Shown here: positions 54,891-64,000 of the stretch, in pieces
Numbering within the stretch: position 1 is the stretch's first letter
Layout of the letters: each line of letters begins with the position of its first letter
Origin: Gracilinanus agilis
Lineage: Eukaryota
NCBI RefSeq assembly: GCF_016433145.1
Contig: NC_058132.1
Location: 165,185,025 to 165,249,024 of the forward strand
DNA length: 64,000 bases
Direction of reading: 5' to 3'
Notes under the pieces: model-generated
Told to the model about the DNA's origin: nothing
The model's input: the letters and a program-made list of their open reading frames with translations, nothing else
Database searches by the model: none
Translations under genes and position numbers: made by a program

Positions 54891-56969
54891 TAAATGTCTT
54901 TCTAAAACCTTGAGTAAGCATTATTCGTAATGGAGATAAACTTGAAGTCTTCCCAGAAGTGAAGCAAAGATGTCCATTATCATCACTATTATTCAATAAT
55001 GAACTGGGAATGTTAGCTAACTAGAATAGTTAGTATTAAGACAAAAATAATTATTTTATAGAGCTAGAAATATAGTAACAAATTTCATCTGGAGGAAAAA
55101 ATATCAAGGAAATCAATGAAAGAAAATGAGGAAGGTGGCCTGGAAACTCCAGATTTCAAACAATATTACAAAGCAGTGATACACAATGATAAATGACGAT
55201 AGTAATCTCATGTTTGATAAAGCCACAGATTCGAGCAAAGGTGATATGATATGAAGAAGGGGAACTTTTGTTAAATAACCTCATTTTTTCCCCAGTAAAA
55301 TATGTGGCAAGATTCTCAGTTGAGAGGGCAGCAACTGGGGTAGCCATGAGAGATTAAAGGACAGGTGATAAAGTTTGGAAAAGCCATTATGATGAATGGG
55401 ATAGTGAGTTTAATAGACAGACATGAAGTACTGTCTTGACACAGTGAGGGCCCACCTGGACAATGCAACATAAACTTATAGTAGACCCATTTAGCATGAT
55501 TTCATGATTTTCTCCTGCTCCATTCAGTAGCATGTGAGAAGGAACAAAAGCAGCGAATGTTAGGAAGACTCCAAGAATGAGATTTGTCAGTGTCAGATCA
55601 GTAAGAGGATAAAGCACAAGGTACTCAAGGGATGAAGACAGTGTAGAGTTGGACTGGTTCAGTAAGGGGTCAAGATGGGCAAAGGAAGAGAGTATAGTCA
55701 CTATAGGAGGGATGGCCTGGAAAATAACTTAGGGGTTGGAGGGATTCAAGGTCATGGTGAAGATTAAGAGCAGTGTATGGGGTTGCAAGGCAAAGGGAGG
55801 GAAAGAACAACAGATTGTGATGATATAACAAAATTTCAGTATTCATGAAAATGGTATATTTGTAGGTGATGTCAAGACCGAGGATATGACTGTTTCTATA
55901 TAAAGCTGAGATAGACTGTAGGAGTAGATCATGGAAATTTACAAAGTTCTGAACTGAGGTACAAAGTGTTTGATGAAGTAGTAGTATAAATGCTAAAATC
56001 CCTTAATACAAGAACAAGAATTGGAGAGAAGAGAAAGACTGACCCAGGTACTGAATTCAAAGGAAACAATGGGAAGAGAAAGGGGAGTGGGGAGGAGGTC
56101 TAGAGACCAGTGGATAACATCTAAAGAATCTTGATTGAGTAGTGAATATGGATTGAGTAAAACTCAAAGGAGGGAAGCTTACTGAATGATGGGGGAAAAG
56201 GGAGAGTCTAGAAGTGACAATGGGAAGCAGGAAGTATTCCAAATCCCCCAATTCAGCAGGGGTGAAGAAAGTATGAGTGAAAATGCAGGCAAGGCTGGAA
56301 GGGTAGCCAGGGAGGTTGTGTCATCAAGAGAGAGCCAGGTCTCCATAAAAACCAGAAAATGGAAAGGACTTCCTGGTTAAGATGGCAGCAGAGTAAAAAG
56401 CAGCTGCTTAACCTCTCCTAACCAAAACATAGAGGACTCCTCAAGAGGACATAAAAACAAATCCAGACGAACGAAGGGACCCCACAACAGGGCGCAGCAT
56501 TGAAGGTATGTGGGTTGGGGCATTTCCATACTATAAAGGGGTGAAACAGCTCTCACTAAAACGCAAGCTGAGCAACCCCCTCCCCCCACCACACCACCTA
56601 CAGTGCCAAAGCCAGCGCAAATGAGTTAGAGCAAATTTGGGGCACCCATTAAGTCATTGGCAGCTCCAGGGCCTGGTCCTGAGAGCAGCAAGACTTAAGA
56701 CCCCAAGAGGCTAAAGAACGGGCAGACTTTGAACACAGACCTTGAACGGGTGAAGGCACAGACTCAGGCACAGAGAACCAGTGCAGATGGGTGTACAAGT
56801 GTGGAAGCAGCTCCCTGAGACTGTTAAAGGAGCCTCAGGCAGAGGAGCAAGCAAGGGGACCACCAGGAGGCTTGACCCTGAGAACAACTAGACCTGAGAC
56901 CTCAGGAGCCTAAAGAGCACAGGTAGACTCTGAGTGTGAGGATAAAACTGAGAAGGCACAGGGCTAACA

Positions 56970-58091
56970 ATGGCAAGCCAGAATCAGGAACCCCAGAAGA
57001 GAAACACCAACAAGAAGAAATCTTTAACACCTGACAACTTTTACACAGAGAAAATCCAGACAGCAGGGCAAACAGCAGAGGAGAACAAACAAGCAATCAC
57101 ATCCAAACCTTCCCAAAATAATGAAAACTGGTCACAAGCTCTTGAAGAGTTCAAATCTGAGATGATGAGAAAGATGGAAGAGATTTGGCAAGAGAAGTGG
57201 GGAAAAGCTCAAAAGGAAATTAACAGGTTACAAGACAGAAACTCCCATTTGGAGAAAGATGCCCCCAAATCAAACCAAATGGTAAGCAAAATGGAAACCA
57301 AAATCAGGTAAGAAAATAACAGTTTATAAGGCAGAATTTCGCAATTGGAAAGAGAGGCAAGTAAATTGAAGACCAGAAACAACCAGATTGAAAAGGAAAA
57401 CCAAAAGATTATAGCAGGAAACCAGTCCCTAAAGGCTAGAATTGAGCAATTAGAAGCTAATGATCTCTCAAGACAACAAGAAAAAATAAAGCAAAGCCAA
57501 AAGACTGATAAAATAGAAGGAAACATGAAATATCTCAATGAGAAAGTAACAGACCAAGAAAACAGGTCTAGAAGAGACAATTTGAGAATCGTTGGTCTCC
57601 CTGAAAAAGCAGAAATTAATAGAAATTTGGCCTCCATACTAAAAGAAATAATTCAGCAAAACTGCCCTGAAGTTCTACAACAAGAGGGCAATATAGACAT
57701 TGAAAGGATCCATAGATCACCCTCTACACTAGACCCTGAAAAGACAACCCTCAGGAATATAATAGCCAAATTCAAGAGCTTCCAAGTAAAAGAAAAAATT
57801 TTACAAGAAGCCAGAACGAGATAATTCAGATACCAAGGAGCACCAATCAGGATCACACAGGATCTGGCAGGCTCCATGCTAAAAGACCACAAGGCTTGGA
57901 ATATGATATTCAGAAAGGCAAGAGAACTAGGTCTACAACCAAGGATCACCTACCCATCAAAACTGACTATATACTTCCAGGGGAAAGTAAGGGCATTCAA
58001 CAAGATAGAAGATTTCCAAGAATTTGCACAGAAAAGACCAGGGCTAAATGGAAAGTTCAATATCCAACCACAAAAATCAAGAGAAACATGA
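56970..58091 (+). pseudogene. L1 ORF1p remnant (374 codons in one frame, two premature TAA)
   Basis: ORFs 56970, 57345 and 57876 share a frame; RRDNLRIVGLPE, IAKFKSFQVKEKILQEAR and LGLQPRITYPSKL motifs; stops end at 57311 and 57824. Confidence 0.93.
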
Positions 58092-58740
58092 AAAGGTAAA
58101 TAAGAAACAAAGGGGAAAGAAAGAAAACTCGTATTTTTTAAATTTACCTCTTTAAGGGCTTCAATAAGATCTAATTATTTGTATTCCTATGTGAAGAAAT
58201 GTTAAGTGTAATTCTCTGTAGTGAACTCTAATCACTATTATAGTTTTCACTATTATAGTAATTAGAAGAATTATTCATAGGGAGAGGTTGGAGTACTATA
58301 TGGTCTAAGATGATATGGGGGTGGATGGGAAAGAGGGGGGTGAAAAGTAGAGGACACCAAGAGAAAGTTGAATGAATAAGAAAAATAGGATATTCTATTA
58401 CATACAAAGAGGGCATGGGAAGGGGAGGGGATGAATACTATTATAAGAAGGAGAGGAAGAGAGCATTAAGAGGTAATATTTAAACCTTACCCTCAGTGGA
58501 ATTAACCCTGAGAGGGAAGAGTAGCTATATCCATTAGGATATAGAACTCTATCTAACCCTACTGAGAAAGTCAGAAGGGATAAACCAAGGGGAGCAGGAG
58601 AGTGGGGAGGTCAAAAAAGGGTGGGGGGATGATGAGGGGGAGGGAATTCATTAGGCCTTAAAAATAAAAAAGAGAGGAATAACAAGGGAGGGGATAGAAA
58701 GGGAAGTAAACCAAGGGAGGGGACAAGGGTTACTGGCTTA

Positions 58741-61448
58741 AAATAAATATAACAATTTAGGAGATATGGATGAATATTTACAGAAATATAAATTGCCTAG
58801 ATTAACAGCAGAAGAAATAGAATACCTAAATGATTCCATATCAGGAAAAGAAATTGAACAAGCCATCAAAGAACTCCCTAAGAAAAAATTGCCAGGGCCT
58901 GATGGATTCACAAGTGAATTCTATCAAACATTCAAAGAACAACTAATCCCAATACTATATAAATTATTTGATATAATAAGCAAAGAAGGAGTCCTACCAA
59001 ATTCCTTTTATGACACAAATATGGTACTGATTCCAAAGCCAGGTAGATCAAAAACAGAGAAAGAAAATTACAGACCAATTTCCCTAATGAACATAAATGC
59101 AAAAATCTTAAATAGAATATTAGCAAAGAGACTCCAGCAAGTGATCAAGAGGATTATCCACCATGATCAGGTGGGATTTATACCATGAATGCAATGATGG
59201 TTCAACATTAGGAAAACCATCCACATAATTGACCATATCAACAATCTAACAAACAAAAATCACATGATTATTTCAATAGATGCTGAAAAGCCTTTGAAAA
59301 CACTGGAAAGTATAGGAATAGAAGGTCCTTTCCTAAAAATAATAAACAGTATATATCTAAAATCATCAACAAGCATCATATGCAATGGGGATAAATTAGA
59401 AGCCTTCCCAATAAGATTAGGAGTGAAACAAGGATGCCCATTATCACCTCTATTATTTAACATTGTACTAGAAACACTAGCAGTAGCAATTAGAGAAGAA
59501 AAAGAAATTGAAGGTATCAAAATAGGCAAGGAGGAGACTAAGCTATCACTCTTTGCAGATGATATGATGGTCTACTTAAAAAATCTTAGAGAATCAACTA
59601 AGAAGCTTGTAGAAATAATCAACAGCTTTAGCAAGGTTGCAGGATACAAAATAAATGCGCATAAATCATCAGCATTTCTATATATTTCCAACACATTAGA
59701 GCAGCAAGAGGTAGAAAGAGAAACATCATTTAAAATCACCCTAGACAATATAAATACTTAGGAATCTATCTACCAAAACAAACACAAGAATTATAAGAAA
59801 ACAACTACAAAACAGTTTCCAAACAATTAAAACTAGATCTAGGGGCAGCTGGGTAGCTCAGTGGAGTGAGAGTCAGGCCTAGAGATGGGAGGTCCTAGGT
59901 TCAAACCCGGCCTCAGCCACTTCCCAGCTGTGTGACCCTGGGCAAGTCACTTGACCCCCATTGCCCACCCTTACCAATCTTCCACCTATGAGACAATACA
60001 CCGAAGTACAAGGGTTTAAAAAAAAACTAGATCTGAACAATTGGAAAAACATTGATTGCTCATGGTTAAGACGAGCTAACATAATAAAAATGACCATTCT
60101 ACCCAAATTAATTTACCTATTTAGCGCCATACCTATCAAACTACCAAAAAACTTTTTCACTGAATTAGAAAAAACTATAACAAGTTCATTTGGAATAACA
60201 AAAGATCAAGAATATCAAGGGAAATAATGAAAAAAAAATGTGAAGGAAGGGGGCCTAGCAGTACCAGATATTAAACTATACTATAAAGCAGCAGTCATCA
60301 AAATGATATGGTACTGGCTAAGAGACAGAAGGGAGGATCAGTGGAATAGACTTGGGGTAAGTGACATCAGCGAGATAGTGTATGATAAACCCAAACAGCC
60401 CAACCTTTGGGACAAAAATCCACTATTTGACAAAAACTGCTGGGAAATTTAGAAAACAATATGGGAGAGATTAGGTTTAAATCAACATCTCACACCCTAC
60501 ACCAAGATAAATTCAGAATGGGTGAATGACTTGAATATAAAGAGGGAAACTATAAATAAGTTAAGTGAACACAGAATAGTATACTTGTCAGATCTCTGGG
60601 AAAGGAAAGATTTTAAAACCAAGCAAGAGTTAGAGAAAATTACAAAATGTAAAATAAATAACTTTGATTATATTAAATTAAAAAGCTTTTGTACAAACAA
60701 AAACAATGCAAACAAAATCAGAAGGGAAACAACAAATTGGGAAAAAATCTTTATAACAAAAAACTCTGACAGGGGTCTAATTACTCAAATATACAGGGAG
60801 TTAAATCAATTGTATAAAAAATCAAGCCATTCCCCAATTGATAAATGGGCAAGGGACATGAATAGGCAATTTTCACATAAAGAAATCAAAACTATTAATA
60901 AGCACTTGAGAAAGTGCTCTAAATCTCTAATAATTAGAGAAATGCAAATCAAAACAACTCTGAGGTATTACCTCACACCCAGCAGATTGGCTAAAATGAG
61001 AGAAGGGGAGCGCAATGAATGTTGGAGGGGATGTGGCAAAATTGGGACATTAATGCATTGCTGGTGGAGTTGTGAACTGATCCAACCATTCTGGATGGCA
61101 ATTTGGAACTATGCTCAAAGGGCTATAAAAAAATGCCTGCCCTTTGATCCAGCCATTCCATTGTTGGGGTTGTACCCCAAAGAGATCATAGATAAACAGA
61201 CTTGTACAAAAATATTTATAGCTGCGATTTTTGTGGTGGCAAAAAACTGGAAAATGAGAGTATGCCCTTCAATTGGGGAATGGCTTAACAAATTGTGTTA
61301 TATGCTGGTGATGGAATACTATTGTGCTCAAAGGAATAATAAACTGGAGGAATTCCAGGTGAACTGGAAAGACCTCCAGGAATTGATGCAGAACGAAAGG
61401 AGCAGAGCCAGAAGAACATTGTACACAGAGAACAATACACTGTGGTAA
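58741..61448 (+). pseudogene. L1 ORF2p remnant (RT and C-terminal domains, no endonuclease)
   Basis: [39 protein letters not shown] and CWRGCG motifs; broken by stops and frameshifts. Confidence 0.93.
59842..60022 (+). mobile_element. Young SINE1_Mdo-type SINE inserted in L1 ORF2
   Basis: TSD AAAACTAGATCT at 59829-59840 and 60023-60034; about 5 differences from the 24953 copy. Confidence 0.95.
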
Positions 61449-64000
61449 AATAGAATGTAAAGGTCTTTTGTACTAGCAGCAATGCAATGATCCAGGACAG
61501 TTCTGAGGGACTTATGGAAAAGAACACTACCCACATTCAGAGGAAGAACTGCAGGAGTAGAAACATGGAAGGAAAGCAACTGTTTGAATACATGACTTGA
61601 GGTGGACATGATTGAGGATGTAGACTCAAAACTACCACATCAATGCAACTATTAACAATTTGGAAATAGGTCTTGATTAATGACACATGTTAAAACCAGT
61701 GGAAATGCGCATTGGCTGGGGGGGGGGNNNNNNNNNNNNNNNNNNNNNNNNNNNNNNNNNNNNNNNNNNNNNNNNNNNNNNNNNNNNNNNNNNNNNNNNN
61801 NNNNNNNNNNNNNNNNNNNNNNNNNNNNNNNNNNNNNNNNNNNNNNNNNNNNNNNNNNNNNNNNNNNNNNNNNNNNNNNNNNNNNNNNNNNNNNNNNNNN
61901 NNNNNNNNNNNNNNNNNNNNNNNNNNNNNNNNNNNNNNNNNNNNNNNNNNNNNNNNNNNNNNNNNNNNNNNNNNNNNNNNNNNNNNNNNNNNNNNNNNNN
62001 NNNNNNNNNNNNNNNNNNNNNNNNNNNNNNNNNNNNNNNNNNNNNNNNNNNNNNNNNNNNNNNNNNNNNNNNNNNNNNNNNNNNNNNNNNNNNNNNNNNN
62101 NNNNNNNNNNNNNNNNNNNNNNNNNAATCAATTGTACAAAAAAAAAATCAAGCCATTCCCCAATTGATAAATGGGCAAGGGACATGAATAGGCAATTTTC
62201 ACATAAAGAAATCAAAACTATTAATAAGCACTTGAGAAAGTGCTCTAAATCTCTAATAATTAGAGAAATGCAAATCAAAACAACTCTGAGGTATTACCTC
62301 ACACCCAGCAGATTGGCTAAAATGAGAGAAGGGGAGCGCAATGAATGTTGGAGGGGATGTGGCAAAATTGGGACATTAATGCATTGCTGGTGGAGTTGTG
62401 AACTGATCCAACCATTCTGGATGGCAATTTGGAACTATGCTCAAAGGGCTATAAAAAAATGCCTGCCCTTTGATCCAGCCATTCCATTGTTGGGNAACAA
62501 ATTGTGTTATATGCTGGTGATGGAATACTATTGTGCTCAAAGGAATAATAAACTGGAGGAATTCCAGGTGAACTGGAAAGACCTCCAGGAATTGATGCAG
62601 AACGAAAGGAGCAGAGCCAGAAGAACATTGTACACAGAGAACAATACACTGTGGTAAAATAGAATGTAAAGGTCTTTTGTACTAGCAGCAATGCAATGAT
62701 CCAGGACAGTTCTGAGGGACTTATGGAAAAGAACACTACCCACATTCAGAGGAAGAACTGCAGGAGTAGAAACATGGAAGGAAAGCAACTGTTTGAATAC
62801 ATGACTTGAGGTGGACATGATTGAGGATGTAGACTCAAAACTACCACATCAATGCAACTATTAACAATTTGGAAATAGGTCTTGATTAATGACACATGTT
62901 AAAACCAGTGGAAATGTGCATTGGCTGGGGTGGGGGAGTCAGGGGTTGAAGGGGAAAGTAAGAGCATAAATNNNNNNNNNNNNNNNNTAAATCATGTAAA
63001 CATGTTAACTTTTCTAAAAAATAAAAATTATTAAATGGAAAAAAAAGAAAATGGAAAAAAATGAAGTATAGTGACCAATATACAGTAAGTACTTAATAAT
63101 AAATGCTCACTGGCATAGGAAAAGGTGTAAGATGAAGTATTTCAACTCTGGAGCTGGAATTCCAGAGAACACAATAGAATTTTTTTGGATAAGAGGAGAA
63201 TAGTTTCATAGTGGAACATCAGGGGAAGGGAATATTGGGATGAGGGGGATGGGAATAATGGTTAAGAGAGCAGGGGATGGAGAATGAATTTTGAATAATT
63301 ACAGGCAGTATTCAGAATCAAAGTTCCAAACCTTCTCTGTGCCAACTGTTCCTTACAACTGGGATGGGGAGGGTATGACAGAATAGAGTATTGTTAATTC
63401 CTAAGGAAAGAATTCAGGTAGATTGTCAACATCCCTGAATGTTTGGTCTCAATGTAGAATCCTCTCAGGATGTTAGGTAGTAGTGTGGGACGGAAGGAAG
63501 GATCAGGTAAGGCTATTCACACAATGAGGAAGTATCTTAAAGACATCTTTTTGAGGCACTACTTTCCTTTTCTTCCTTGTCCTTTCCTGACAGACTTTAG
63601 TCTGTCTATTGATTATACAGACAAATACCAACAAACTTGTTGACAGAACAGAGATAATGAAACTACAAGGACTAAGTTCACAAAGGAAAAAGCAAACATT
63701 TTGAACTAGATTTGCTATTTATTTTATAATTCATTGTATTAGAGGTAGTATAACAAGATGTAGATAGAGAAAGATCCCTCACTAACTTGTGGAAAAGATG
63801 GAAGGTAGAGATTTAGAAAAACTAGAACAAGGAAGAAGAGATGTTCTCAGAGAAGAAATAGAAAAATTCTATTCTACTCAATTCAACTGAATTAAATCCG
63901 ACAAGAATTTACTATGCATCTAAGAGGTATCAAGTAGTATGTTGGGGATGCAAAGGCAAAAAGGAAGATAGTCTATGACACTAAGAAGCTTATATCTCCT

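Larger units (their letters stand above)
46420..55210 (+). mobile_element. Old L1 (ORF1 ~46420-46990, ORF2 from ~47770), fragmented by nested insertions
   Basis: ORF1-like AGGAGAGATAATTTAAGAATTATTGG; EN start GGATGAACTC...AGCAGATAGCAGAATGGATT; ORF2 breaks at ~50172 and resumes at ~54095. Confidence 0.85.
56366..63045 (+). mobile_element. Near-full-length L1_Mdo-type LINE, dead (EN deletion, stops, SINE insertion)
   Basis: 5' GGACTTCCTGGTTAAGATGGC; TSD AGAAAATGGAAA at 56354-56365 and 63046-63057; ORF1 and RT/C-terminal ORF2 pieces. Confidence 0.95.

Overview
Mammalian, almost certainly marsupial, genomic DNA; young SINE1_Mdo-type SINEs and L1_Mdo-type LINEs point to opossum (Monodelphis-like). 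Bases ~0.86-18.8 kb hold a complete ROBO3 gene on the minus strand. I traced 28 exons by hand. Exons 1-27 have GT-AG introns with consistent phases and give 4122 nt (1374 codons): 5 Ig, 3 FN3, TM, and CC0/CC2/CC3 motifs. Bases ~19-37 kb are a 5' regulatory apron with several CpG-rich, homeodomain/E-box-rich blocks among old SINE/L2 repeats. Bases ~42-63 kb are almost all nested retroelements (L1s, solo LTRs with 4-bp TSDs, SINEs, hAT MITEs). There are five N gaps. Main leads: (1) an apparently ATG-less, phase-matched, signal-peptide-like 'b' first exon in ROBO3 intron 1; (2) a terminal exon with no early stop, whose frame stays open past the polyA signal; (3) an immediate stop if the Robo3.2-equivalent intron 26 is retained; (4) candidate unannotated spliced exons and enhancers upstream. 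I found no novel protein-coding system. Repeat family names and human/mouse comparisons are from memory, not from searches.
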